Assembly (NCBI RefSeq): GCF_031769215.1
Contig: NW_026782690.1
Span: forward strand, 186,001-250,000
Length of the DNA stretch: 64,000 bases
Origin: Ylistrum balloti
Lineage: Eukaryota
Reading direction: 5' to 3'
Shown here piece by piece: positions 26,266 through 39,587 of the stretch (positions are counted from its first letter, which is position 1; the number at the start of each line of letters is the position of its first letter). Under the pieces are notes generated by a model. It made no database searches. It was not told the DNA's origin and saw nothing but the letters and a program-made list of their open reading frames with translations. The translations under genes and the position numbers were made by a program.

Positions 26266-29067
26266 ATGACGGAGGAAAACAATGAAATGGAAATAGATCC
26301 AAGTACTTCCATTTGCAGATCTGGACACGATAGACCAAAACAACAGAATGTGATTTACTCCATCTGCATCTATGTTACATTTTTCATGATAGTAAGTAGT
26401 TTTCTGTTAAAAAACAGACATAATTGCAATATACTTACAAAAAAATGCATAAGTGTTAAAAACAATAAAATACCGCTATGAGAAAAGAAAAAAAATAGAA
26501 TAGGTGCTTCTGTCTAGCACCAGTCGTAGGCTATACTATGAAATTCAAGAACTTGACTTCGAATTTTCAGTTAATGAACAAAAACAGTTATGCATTCTCG
26601 AATTGTGCTCATTTATTTCACGGTTTGTAAAGGGCTGGAGTCGCAGTCTGTTTGGTCCGTGCTTTCCCGACATTCAACACATATGCCACATCGATCTAGA
26701 GCTGGGATCATGGATTGTTGCTACATTTTATATTGGCTACACATTTGGCTCTTTAATTGCTGGATTGTTAGAAACATATAACCAGAATTTGATATTTGGT
26801 TTATCTCTCATCACATTAGCGACGTCTGTTGTTGTAACTCCTTGGTGTTCTGTGTATTGGATAATGATAGCAGTCCACTTTTCACAAGGATTTTGCCAGG
26901 GAGTCGTAGATACCAGTAAGTTTTTAATAAGGTTTCATTTACATTTATGAAATTATGAATTATGTTGTTAGTAACCTTAATCAAAACAACGGCCATTTAA
27001 TCCAAATTAAACTGCAAAAATCATAAAGCTTAACGTTTTAATCCTGTCATGAAACGAATATTGATCATCGGTGCTGTATAATACGTACATGTAAATGACA
27101 TATAAATCCATTGCAAACCATTAAGATGGTGTGTCGTGAAAGAACACAAAATATCCTATTTATCAATTTTCAGATTGCCAGTGTTGTCCATGATCATCAT
27201 CGTCTGCTCGTAAATAATTCTTGTTTTCGTAACATGAATTTTCAATTTATTATCAATTCTACATAATTAAGACAATACGCCGTGGAGTGTATAAAATTTC
27301 CATTTTTGAAGAACAAATAAATGGCAAACAATATTGGACGCCAATGCTCCCTGAAATTTCTTATTTGCTTACATCGTCCTGGTGATGCGTTTCCGTAAAA
27401 CTGCCCATTCAAAAAGACATTTATTTACAAGCAATGTAAAAATTTTGATATGTTTATGGCACAAAGTAAAATAACATCTGCAATGACGGATCGCCTTTAT
27501 ATCATCCATTGTGAATGTCGTTTCTATGACATTTAGCGTTGGGTCATAAAATAGACACATTTGCACATTCTAAAAATAGCACCATGACGCTACTATGAAG
27601 TCTTTTATATTCAAAAAGACATTTATTTACAAGCAATGTAAAAATTTTTATCTAAAAATAGCACCATGACGCTACTATGAAGTCTTTTATCATTTATATG
27701 TTATTATTTACAATTAATTGGCGATTACTATACTATCATAGATATAAACATTGTATGCATCTGTTAAGTAAGTATATTTCCCACATTATTGTCTCTCCTG
27801 TATCATTTATACCTTCGAAGGGCGTAATGCGATACGAATCTTTCTTGAGCAAACTTCGTGAATGTATTTTTGTCTATTCTTTCTCTTTATTTCAGTCGGA
27901 AATTCTGAAATTCTACGTATATGGAAGAACAATCGTCTGCTGTACTTCTGCCTTGAGCTAAGCTATGCCATCGGGAGTTTCGTTTCACCATTGGTAGCCG
28001 CTCCGTTTCTCATGGATATTCCTGTAAACCAGACTTTGGTTAATAATATTTCTACAGGATATCACATGTCAACTGTGAATAAGGAAGTTCCAAATATTTC
28101 TATATCAGACTTTTCACGGAACACTTTTTTTAACCGAACTCCTGATAGCGTGAACATCTCCTCAGACGGGATTCCATCGACTAAATCTGTCCAATCGATG
28201 ATATACATTCCTTACTCTTTAACCGCATTTCTTGTTAGTTGCATATCAGTCTCTTTTTTGTTAATGTACTTTGTTTATGAACAAGTCTGTCTTTCTCAGT
28301 TTACTGCTATAACACAACCCGAAGACGAATTAAATCCCGTTCCTGTAACAAAAGGTAATGCAGAACAGGCGGTTGCGACAAAATCCGGATGTGCACCTAT
28401 AGCTAGACAGCTCCCTACCATGATCAGGGTTTTCGCTTTACTTACCACAAGTATTTTCTTGTCGTTTTATGTTGGAGTCGAAGAAGCCTTAGTTAACTTT
28501 CTTACTGTATATTGTGTCGATTATCTTAATTGGACTCCGTCAGATGGTGCTTTGATAACTGCCATTATGAATATATGTGGTATAGTTGCAATTGTTGGTT
28601 CCTTGTTTATGAGGTGTATCAACACTATTGTGTATGCAGGTATCAATTGCGTTTTTGTGTCGCTTTCCTTTTTAGGTATATTGATAAGTTCACTATATTA
28701 TCATGGAATAAGTATGTGGATTTCTTGTTGTTTTCACGGTTTTTTCAGAGCCATCCTGTTTTCGTTGATTTTCACTTGGACCAATGAATACATTACACCA
28801 GTGACAGGACGGATTGCGTCCCTGTTTATGATTTCTTCTTGTCTAGGCGCAGCAGTAAATCCGCTCATGTTTGGATATGTGATGGAGACTTTTGGTGATA
28901 TATGGTTGTGTTACGGTTTTGTAGCTGAAGGATTTTTTGTCCTGTTCTTGTATTTTGCTATGGTCGTCATTACGAGGTATGTTGTGAAAAATTTTGGTAA
29001 ATCTTTGGATACGTCAGATATATACGAAACAGCAATTTCAATGACGGGCAGTATTATCAGAGTTTGA
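26266..29067 (+). CDS. MFS transporter, MFSD4/sodium-dependent glucose transporter 1 (NaGLT1)-like, paralog A, 3 coding exons, 526 aa
   Basis: Exons 26266-26391, 26633-26915, 27896-29067 (1581 nt; phases 0 and 1); in-frame stop upstream of the ATG. About 12 hydrophobic segments; motifs SLFGPCFPDI, QGVVDTIGNSEILRIW, LSYAIGSFVSPLVA, FYVGVEEA resemble the MFSD4 family. Confidence 0.9.
27408..27690 (+). repeat. Mosaic local duplication (A...B-A-B) in MFS paralog A intron 2
   Basis: Block A (attcaaaa(a)gacatttatttacaagcaatgtaaaaatttt) at ~27408 and ~27609; block B (ctaaaaatagcaccatgacgctactatgaagtcttttat) at ~27569 and ~27652. Confidence 0.85.
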
Positions 29068-30299
29068 TAATGCATGAGAAATGAATTCAACACCTAATGG
29101 TAGCGAAACTGCTTTGATAAGGGAAAATGTCTTTCCTGTCGATCGAAAGGGACATTCTTATACATAAATTATCAACGTGACACGTACCGGGTGTTTGCGT
29201 GTGTATACATTTTTTTTTTTAACTTAGCGAATCCATCAAAAAAGTAAAAGCAAAATCGTACTATTTTCGTTTGTTTCTTGTCTGTGCGAGAGAGTACGAA
29301 TGAACGCGCCTACGGAATGTAACTTAAGGCTCAATTTAACTGCATTCATTGTATAATAAACGATTTGTAGGGTTACGGATTGCTGGAAAGAAAATTGTCA
29401 ATGAACATCGGTATTTAATATACATTTTTTATATAATCACTCTTAGACTACGTATTTGCTAGTAATTGATGTGCTAGCTGTACATGTGTTGTGCATATAT
29501 GTTGATGTTGCTCACTTCAATCATTAACGTATTCATGCAACGTATACATGGTAATCAATCCCTAAATCGTGCCTCCACAATATTTTAGGTAATATTCACG
29601 AGCAGGTTAACAAGTGTCGGATAATAATGCCTAAAATCTTCTTCTTTTTTTAATGTCATTATAGTATTAAAAAGAGTAAAAAATGTATATTGTTTCCGCA
29701 TAAATACATCCATGTGATTAACGTTTAACTTTACTACAACAGATACACTTGAAGTAATGCGATTTCCAGCGACTCGTTTCAGTTTTTATAACATGTTTGT
29801 AGGGTCAATACAGCGTTCCGTGCCATTTTGAAGCTCTACACGTCTCAAGAGTTGCAACAGTCGTTGTCATAGACTCTTATACTAGTATTACATAACAATG
29901 CCATTTATACTGAACACATTAATACTGAAGCCTAAATTGGATAGGAAGCAAATGTGTCATCTGTTGAGTCCTAAAACAGGATACACTACAAAAGACCTAA
30001 GTAGGTATCTACTGACTATGAAGATTTACAGCAGGAAAATGATTTCCAATATGTGTTTAGTGGTTGGTCAGTAGTCACAACATAGTGGTCATGTATCAGT
30101 TATCAACTTAAATAGGGATATACAGCATATTTTAGCTTATTGGACACTCCAATCCTTACCCAGAAGAGTCTAATGTCCATCAATTCTATTAAAAATTACC
30201 CTTCTGCTCCATCTGATTACGTTTCAGACCAAATGTTTAGAAACCGCGTAAACATTATACAGGATGAAGAGAAATTCAAGCAGCACGTCTCGTCTGTCT

Positions 30300-30900
30300 C
30301 AATTTCCTTCATTGGGTCACACCCGTCTGATCATAGAAGTAACTTAGTTCTACAAAAATTGTTCATAATGGCAGAATTTGAAGCGAAGCATTAATTTTCC
30401 TAATTGGGCGTTGACCTTCTTAAATAACTAAACTACTATAAACCATAGGTGATTACACATTGCCAGCGTGATAGAACTGTGATAGGATTTAAAGCATAAA
30501 TATAATTCCTATAAGGGATCTCCCTCCCATTGCTTGCCTCAGGGGATTAAATCAATATCAAATGATTTAAGAAATAATTGGTTTTCTTATAGAATTTTAT
30601 GGAATATCATTTTAAAGCAGAAGTTTACTTCATTGTCATTTTGGGACCTGTCCCTCTGTCTCCGGAGTTCGAATCGATCTTATATATTCAGAAATTATTG
30701 TACTCTGTCACTGATGTCCCGGGGATGAAATTGAAAGGCATTAACGAAATGAGTTCAAATCATAAATTACTTACGTGCACGACTTAGGACCAATTGGAAC
30801 CAATAATTGCTACCTTTCCTCCCCTTGATAGCGTTGTTAGAATTATGAAAAATATAGCAGCATCCCGTGACTACGAGTTCAGTTACTATCGACAACGTTA
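30300..30900 (-). pseudogene. Possible highly decayed LINE apurinic-like endonuclease relic
   Basis: Minus-strand pieces RGGKVAII, ELISL, GDP and NHLWFIVV appear in APE-like order, with many stops. Weak. Confidence 0.3.
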
Positions 30901-31189
30901 GGTGTCTGCTCCGTTTCCGCAATCGGTTGAGCATAAAATTCCGTTTATAAAGCTCAAATATAGTGAAATAGTACTTTAATTCAGCTGTACTTCTAAAGAT
31001 TGATATGTCCTCTGTTGAATATAATCAGAAATTGCTAAATCCTGTATATCAGTAAAAGCAATATGGCTTTCTAATATTTAATATTCCACTGGCACTTCCA
31101 GCACCAGAAAAGAGTTATCAATTACTTGACGAGGCTTGGCTCCCGACACACTTTGTATTGTCAACAAGGAAAGTGAAAGATCATCACAC

Positions 31190-31690
31190 TGGAGACCATC
31201 TTGTTGATGCCATGGCTACTTTTAGAGATTTTACAAATAACTGATGGAAGTGTGATTATAATCGAAAAAGACAATAGTGTGCATTTGAAGGAAATCTGAT
31301 GAAGCATATCGTTCTGAGTGTATTTCTCCAAGAGTTCACGATAAAAAGCTTAGCCTTATGATCTGTTGCGGACACTCACTCGTGTTGACGGTAACGTGAA
31401 TTCGGAAAATATTATATTGAAATTATTTATAGACTAAAACTTGTGGCCGGTGATTGCTAGACATTTTCCGGATAATAATTATATGTTTCTGATTTCTGGA
31501 AGACATTTATGGAATCAACCCAAATAAACGCAATGAGCTGGCCGGCACAGAGTTCCGACTTGAACAGAGAAAGTTCCCGTTTGGACCAGTTTTGACTTAT
31601 AACTATCCAAAACATATACCGGTCTATTCCAAAAAAGATATCTGCTATAAGAAAGGCTCAAGAATACATCACAAAAATATCAGGTAATTA
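31190..31690 (+). mobile_element. Decayed Tc1/mariner (DD34E-type) transposase relic
   Basis: Frameshifted pieces in the right order: KDNSVHL, TLTRVDGNVNS, NLWPVIARHFPDNNYMF, MSWPAQSSDLN (cf. WPAQSPDLN), IQNIYRSIPKKISAIRKAQEYITK. Confidence 0.8.
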
Positions 31691-33039
31691 ATTTATCATA
31701 ACATTTGAATCTATCATCCAATACAGATACGATAATCTTTTTAGTGTGATATGATTTATTTTGTTTGGTGTAAATACAAACTGTCAAGGTCATCTAAACG
31801 AAGCACATGGGGCACGATTAGCAAGAGTGCAGTCGTTCCATTGTTTTTGTCCGAAGTCTATATATGAAGTTAAAAAACATCCGTCAACTAGGTACTGTTA
31901 ACAATGAATACTTAATGACAGGCGAACGCCTTTCCACCAAGGAACGGCAATTTGGATAGCTGGTCCTTCGAAAACTTGATTTTTAGTTTGTTTATGAGAT
32001 GAAGTCTGTTGTCGACAGTTGCCATAAGCAAAGTAATGTTTTGACAGGCTTTTGTTTATGATGTCACAATGTAACTTCACCACCTCGTTGTAATGTCATA
32101 AAAACAATAGTCATTAATTGCCCCTGTAACGTGACGAGGAGTTCGTACCTAGTTATACTTGGATCCATAAATTGACTTAATGATATCCACTAATTGACTG
32201 CACTACAAAAGCTTAAAAACCTACAACAAAATGTTAATATATAGATATTGTCAGTATCTCTCTGGACCTATTACTTTTGACTACGAAACTATCATACTAC
32301 ATACACAAACGTACACACGAGACTGATAAGAACTCAATACATGTATAAAATGTTAAGAATACTGAACACCACACACAGGTGTTTTCTGTCAATGTACAAT
32401 CACCGATAACCTGGTGATATTAACTTATCAATTGTCTGGCTATGAAATTACAAGAAATTGGAGAGTCATCTCCCTTTTTTATCACCTAGTGCAGATCAAC
32501 CGATTGAGCCAAATCAGAATTTTTGTTGTCTTTTCTGATGTTTCTAGCCATTCCAGATGTAAATGAGTCCCAAATGAAGAATTTTAAAGAATATTCGTCA
32601 TGCAATAAATTTTGGTAAAATCCTATAAGGTAACAGGAAACAGATAAATGGCCATTTTCTGAAAAATAAGGGACACATTCCAGATAATTATACACAGTGT
32701 ATTAACCGTGCAAAACAGACATATGAAAGTATATATTTTCATAAACTAAACACCACATGCCATCTTAATATACAATAGAGCATTCTCTAAATACATGTTT
32801 ACTGTTAACAACTATGGTTACCACATTAAACACTGAAAACAGCAATATATTGTGATTTGTGATTGAAAATCTCACCAAATAAGACAGAAATTTCAACTAT
32901 GACACACATAAAAAATTCAACACTGCATACATGAGATCAAACGTATTTCTGTTTAAGGAAAATGTAACTCGGAAATTTAATAACGTCGTGTCCAGAGATT
33001 CTCTACTTTACAAAAATATCACCCATGGCCACACCAAGA

Positions 33040-33355
33040 AAGTGTGTACTGCTACCTATGCACCGAGGATTACATTCTTCTTTCAACATATATGAATGTG
33101 TAAGGAATGTATAGCCCATCCGAAGACGGGCAAGGACAACTTCGTCTCGGTGGTTGTCTCTATAGCATGGATACCATTCACTGACAATAGGTTTTACGGA
33201 GTGCAATTTATTATTGGTATATGTATTCCATTCCTCCTGCAATTGAGGTGTTAAAATATGTTTAATAAATGATTTAAAATCGGAAAATAAATGTTAAAAC
33301 AACAGGTGGTAGCGATAAAGCTTCCTTTGCGAGACGATCTGCTTTTTCATCGCTA
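33040..33355 (-). mobile_element. I-clade (RNase H-bearing) LINE 3' ORF2 relic
   Basis: DEKADRLAKEAL (end of RNase H), then QEEW..NNKLHSVKP..EVVLARLRMGYTFLTHSYMLKEECNPRC, the typical lead-in to the C-terminal zinc knuckle. Homologous to 47060-47390. Confidence 0.8.
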
Positions 33356-33382
33356 GACTAGACTAGACTAGAGGTAACCAAG

Positions 33383-33900
33383 GTGAAAGAGACAAACAAA
33401 AAACAGAAAAATCTTCTTCGAGGAATTGGAGAGTATGTTTCAAGTATGTACGATTTCTATGACATTGAACCGGATAGAGAGGTAGATCTAAAAGATTCTG
33501 GTTTGGTCTTCGAAATAGTTTCTAAAATTTTATCCAAAGGAATCAAAGCATTTTCAATCCTATCTGAAAAGAAACCTTCTAGAAAACAGTCACAATCCAT
33601 ATGCTTTAAGCATCGGAAGGGAGAATAGAACTAGAAATTAAAAGATGGGTGTAACTGAGGTAAAAGCTCTTAACTTCAGGGCACATTCAATTGGTCTCAA
33701 TAGAAGAACCTTTATGGATGAAAATATGTCAGAACTTTTGTTTTAGGTGCTCGTTACACCACATTTTGAATATGCCACCATACAGGAGCAAATATCTAAA
33801 TTTAACTGAAGCGTACAAAGACGAGCTTCCAATATGTTATTTGAATTGGAATATATGTATGCAGAGTGTTTGTAGAGACTAACCAACAGCGGGACGTTAG
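33383..33900 (+). mobile_element. Possible L1/Tx1-type LINE 3' ORF2 relic
   Basis: Broken frames with IEEPLWMKICQNFCFRC..LHHIL resembling the Tx1 C-terminal region. Weak. Confidence 0.35.
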
Positions 33901-34689
33901 AAGTAGAAAGAGCATTAGTAAAACCTTTTTGAAAATTAAGGGAACCATGATATCAGGAAAATGTCGTTACTTTATGTGCTGTGTAACCCACAGGATGTAA
34001 TATATGCAGCTGGTATTGTACAGTTTGAAATTTGAGTACTACTGTAATTTTAAGATGTTCATTTGACACACGCATCATCTTTTAATGCCAAAATCATTGC
34101 ATGTACTGATATAAATATAGATGCTTGAAGCCTGTGTCATTTATGTATCATATTAGATTTGAACAAAACCTACTGTATTTTAAACTTCTTTTTCAAGTGC
34201 CGTGCAAAGATTCATTTCAACATCCCCTAACGATTATCATGAAATGTTTTTTTCGATACATTTGTTATTAAAATTTAAGGCAAGGTGTAAATGATGGACC
34301 TTTACCTGGGATTAAAGCTTATTAAAATAAAACCAGGAAGAGAGAAATGCAAATGTTTATCACCATCTAACCATACTCTATCACGTTAATAAAAGTTTAG
34401 AATATTCTCATTTTATATGTCTTATTTAATGCATTTCCTCTAGTATAATGTCTTAGTAATACATAGGTCTTATCGATAATTAAATGTATGCAATGTGAAA
34501 ACGATTAACTATCATGTTTTTCGTGTACATTTTATACGCTAGGGATTATTGTTCATGGTTATCAAATACGGTTTAATTACAAAAACTAAATATTGTTGTA
34601 TTGAAAGACCTAATTGGTTGGTTCCAATCAATTTCATAGTCCTGGATTTTTTCAGGCAGTTTTAAAAGCCTAAGTCGATAAGTGCATCA

Positions 34690-34860
34690 GTAAACGTTAT
34701 CTCGGGTGCTTAGTGCATGGTTCGAATCCTCTTATCTGTAGAAGTTTGTGTTTCTCAGGAAGTTTGGAAACTGACCGGGCTATGCTGCCGTTGTTGTGTC
34801 CTTGGGCAAGACACTTTATCTGAATTTCTTTTAATGGCATGCGACGGGCCTCCGTATTTT
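34690..34860 (+). mobile_element. tRNA-derived SINE with V-domain-like core
   Basis: Pol III B-box ggttcgaatcc at ~34719 followed by tgtgtccttgggcaagacacttt (~34796-34818), the conserved V-SINE core. Confidence 0.65.
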
Positions 34861-35665
34861 CTTCAGTGAAGTTGCCATCAGCATACTGATATCTCCTTCC
34901 TCAGTTTTTTTTAACAATCTCGCTGATTCTTTGACATTCTCATTTTATCCTGTTGTGCTGTGATTGACTATCTCTGGTAAATTCGATGTGATTATTACAG
35001 TAAAAGTATGCTGTATATTTTTGAGATAAGAAAAAACGTAAAATCTAAAATTGCTTGACCTAAAATTTTATGTTTTTAATGGTACATTTAAAAACATTGT
35101 CGTAAACGTATTCCTATTCTGAGTACCTTATTTCGGAATATGAAGGATACAGTCACATGGCTAAAAAATACACTACGTGTGTGTATTCTTTTTTAATATT
35201 AACTTCTTTGATGAAGCCTTCATGTCATGATTTGGAGTTCAGATTTCATCGAGTATTCTGACAGAACTTAATAAACTTTCCTCCCGCATCAACAACGAAG
35301 CACACACTTGTCTCAATAGGAACACATAACCACATATTCGTTTGCTCTAGTATATTTACTGGTACCTTATCGATTACTCGTAAAATACCGACAGTTTGTA
35401 CGTTATACAATGTATGTAGCTAGATATTTAAACTGGTGCGTGCTTTAGTGCACGATCGCATAGACAAGATAAAAAGGAAAATTGCATATTTTAACTTTTG
35501 ACTATTTTGATTGGGTCTCTACGATAGATATACACAAAATACCTAACATGTTTTTCATTTACATATCAGCTAGCTCCATTCAACAGGAAGATGTTTGTCC
35601 TTTTATCGTTTAATACCGGGCGTGGATAAGACATTGTCACTACTAGTAGTAATTGAATTCGTTTC

Positions 35666-38336
35666 TCAGTCATCATCATCATCGTTTTCAAACTCTTCGA
35701 TAACCGTGCCCCTCATTGAAATTGCAGTTTCATATGTATTTGACGTATCCGAAGTTTTACCGAAATGTTTCACGATATACCTCGTGATGACGACCATAAC
35801 AAAATACAAGAAGAGAACAACACACCCTTCAGCTACAAAACAATAGCACAACCATATATTACCATACGTCTCCATTATATATCCAAGTATCACCGGATTT
35901 ACTGCTGCGCCCAGACAACAAGAAATCATAAACACAGACGCAATCCTTCCTGTCACTGGCGTTATATATTCATTGGCCCAAGTTAAAGTCAGGGAAAATA
36001 GGACGCTTTTAAAGAAACCATGAAAACAACAAGAAATCCACATACCTATGTCGTAATAATACAGCGAACTTATCAATATGCCAAAAAAGGAAAGCGATAT
36101 TAAAACACAGTTGACACCTGCATACACAATGGTGTTGATACATTTCATAAACAAGGAACCGATAATGGCAATGATACCACATACATTGGTCATGGCAGTT
36201 ATCAAAGCGCCATCTGATGAGGTCCATTTTAAATAATCTACACAGTATAAAGTAAGAAAGGCAGCAAAAGCTTCTTCTATCCCATCATAAAAAAGCAAAA
36301 GAATGCTTGTTGTAACTAAAGCGAAAACTTTAACCTTAGTAGGGAGTACTCTAGCTATAGGATTGCATCCGGAATTCGGTCCAGAAACTTGTTCAGATAT
36401 TCCTTTTGTTTCGTGTTTCGAGTGGTCATCTGTTTCTGTTATATTTGTTTCTTGTGAACGACGGGTACGTTCGCGTTTATCAACAACATAAATCAAGAAA
36501 AAGAAAGTTGATAAGCAACTAAAAAGAATTCCGGTCAGTGAGTAAGGAATATAAATCATTGATTGGAAAGATGTAGCCGATGGAATCACGACTGAGGAAG
36601 TATTCACGCTATCGAGATTAGGGCTAAAAGAAGCGTTTCGTAAAAGTTCTGCTATAGAAATATTACGGAAATTCTCATTGAAAGTAGTCACGTTATATAC
36701 TATGGAGATATTGGTAAGCGAAGTCTGGTTTACTAGGGTATCCATGAGAAATGGAGCTGCTACCAAAGGTGAAACGAAGCACCCGATGGCATAGCTTAGC
36801 TCAAGGCAGAAGTACAGCAAACGATTGTTCTTCCATATACGTAGAATTTCAGAATTCCCGACTGAAATAAAGAGAAAGAATAGACAAAAATACATTCACG
36901 AAGTTTGCTCAAGAAAGATTCGTATCTCATTACGCCCTTTGGAAGTATAAGTGATACAGGACAAACATTAATTTGCCTTCTGTGTTGAATGATTCTCTCA
37001 GCTCGTTGAAAAGGGTACGAAATGGAAAATCTCACTATCAGATTGGCTTACTTGAAAGATTTCGGATAGTAAATTTATGTACAAAGATGTGATATCATCT
37101 AATTCAGATTCACAGAAGTCGAGCAAATCATTTCAACAAGACTGGACAGATTTCCTTGTCAGACCTGAAAGTAATGTTTAAAGAAGATTTCCAAAATAAA
37201 TGCCATTATATTTTAGTGCTTAGATATGAGGTTGCTGTCATCTCTGACTCATTAAAAAGATTGATTCATATATTCATATGGAATAGATGACATTCAAAAC
37301 TTTCAGACGTCTACAGAAAAGACAAAACAACTACATATTAAACAGACAAATAAAAATGAGATAATTGACTTGAAATATGAGATCAGTAAGATGAGTGTAT
37401 GTGGATTTTAAGCCGAACTTCAAAGCAGATTTTCTTATAATTTTCCTCAAATTTATTGCTACATTATTGTCTTTCATATAAATACATTTTTTTTTCTTTT
37501 CATTTTATTTACAAGTTATCGTATTAAGGTGCTTTGTCATGATTTGTCACAATCGAGTCCCACTTTTAGAATCCTTTTAAAATTCAATTTGCCTAATTAC
37601 GAGCTAGTAATGACTCCTTCGTAAGATAAGGTTGAACAAAACTAAATCATGAGACTTTTAACTTACTGGTATCTACGACTCCCTGGCAAAATCCTTGTGA
37701 AAAGTGGGCTGCTATCATTATCCAATACACAGAACACCAAGGAGTTACAACAACAGAAGTCGCTAATGTGATGAGAGAAAATCCAAATGTCAAATTCTGA
37801 TTAAATGCCCCTAACAATCCAGCAATAAGGGCGCCAAATGCGTAGCCAATATAAAACGTTGTAACAATCCACGATCCCAGCTCCAGATCGATGTGGCAAA
37901 TCTGTTGGATATCGGGAAAACTCGGACCGAACAGACTACGATTCCAGCCCTGCACAAACATGGAAATAAATGAAGCATAAATCGATCTTACATATTCACA
38001 TCGGAACGTTTGTTTGTTTGTTTGGGGTTTTTTTTCTCTCATTAACTGACGTCTGCCGTCCGGTTCTTGGTTTTCAGATTACGATGAGGTAACGAAATAT
38101 TCTTATATCTCCATGACTATTTTCTTGTTTACATAGATTCATGTCAAATAATTAGTTTTTTGAAGAACTGTTTTGAAGTAAAAAAAAAAAGTGTTAACAA
38201 TGTTACTTACAATCATGAAAAATGAAAAATAGATGCAAATAGAATAAATCACACTCTGTTGTTTTGATCTATCGTATCTAATTCTGATTTTTGGAAAGCA
38301 CGAGTCTTTCTCCATATTACTGCTTTCCGCCGGCAT
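35666..38336 (-). CDS. MFS transporter, MFSD4/NaGLT1-like, paralog B, 3 coding exons, 534 aa
   Basis: Exons (minus) 38336-38211, 37949-37667, 36861-35666 (1605 nt). Exon 1 and 2 lengths (126, 283 nt) and intron phases are identical to paralog A; ends EEFENDDDDD-stop. Confidence 0.9.
38005..38090 (-). mobile_element. SINE 3' tail fragment with (AAAC)n end in MFS paralog B intron 1
   Basis: Minus strand gacgtcagttaatgagagaaaaaaaaccccaaacaaacaaacaaac resembles oyster SINE tails. Confidence 0.4.
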
Positions 38337-39587
38337 ATTTCCTGGCCGTGATTCACACTTGCCAAGTAGAATACAGCTGCTAGTTTCTTTCTTGAGCAAT
38401 CTCCGTAACTAAAACTGAAAGAACAAAAGGTGATGTTATTATAGATTCATCAGAACAAAATATCATCTGAACGTGTTTTACTAAAAGGAAATACATGTCG
38501 TTTGACAATGATTAGTGGCAGAATTGTATAGATTTGAGAAATAACCTTGAGGATTAACCGAACTAGCAATCTCATCAAAAGGTCAAAATTTTAACTAAAA
38601 TGGAGTAGATATCGCAGTCATACTGCACCTTCTCTTGGTCCACTTCGGCAAATTGTGAATATCATCTACAATTGGTGATCTATGCATCAAAAATGTAACA
38701 ACATGAAGTGTGCTCGACTCTGCGATAGCTGATAGTTCATATCAGTATAATGGAATGTGTATCACGTATTATCTATTTAGGTCATATTGTATATGTATCT
38801 TTACATGTGGCTTAAGTATTTACCAATTACCATTGTTCCGAGAGAGCCTGATAGTAATATGCCGTAATTTGGTGAAATGAGGTAATCTTATAATATGTAA
38901 GGCAGAAAGGTGAATGGGGATGACGTCGTGCAATTGCATTTGTTAATACTAAACGGATCACCAGAATACAATATCCAAAATATAAACATTTAAGGGAAGA
39001 TATTGTTTTCGTGGTCTAGTGTTACAGAAAGTGGTTAGCACATTGTAATAATAATTGTTGTGTGATCCGTCTTTCATGTATACGTCCTGTGCTATGACAT
39101 ATCTCAATGATAGCTATATAATTTTTTTCAGTGTCATCGCAATGGAATTAGAGACACGGTAGTAAGAAACCTTACATCATCACATGATAAGATCTTTTCG
39201 GGACATTTGTCAGGTTAGTGATGTCAATGATTACAGAAGATTATAGGAAAAACGTGCATAAGAACATCTTCGTGTATCAATGCACGGCAGGACTTTACTG
39301 TTCACACTGTTTTGTGATCGTGGCTGTGGGTTCTCACAAGATGATGAAAGTAAAAAAGTTTCTTAAATAAGGAAGGAGAAGGGACGGAATAGGTGGCTAC
39401 ACGGCATCATCTCATCTAATGAATAACATGGTGCATTGAACTCATATGCAGATTTTGTTAACACATATAGTTTTAAATCAGTTACAGCTGCTATATACAT
39501 ATATGTTACACAGTAATATAGTACATAGTAACAACATAAGGGGAGTTAATAGCGTTATTAACCATAAATGGTATCGCGACACAATCG

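Noticed and set aside
31190-31230. Minus-strand QQDGLQCDD resembling a LINE ORF1 PHD finger
   Set aside because: Better explained as the antisense of the plus-strand Tc1 transposase relic.
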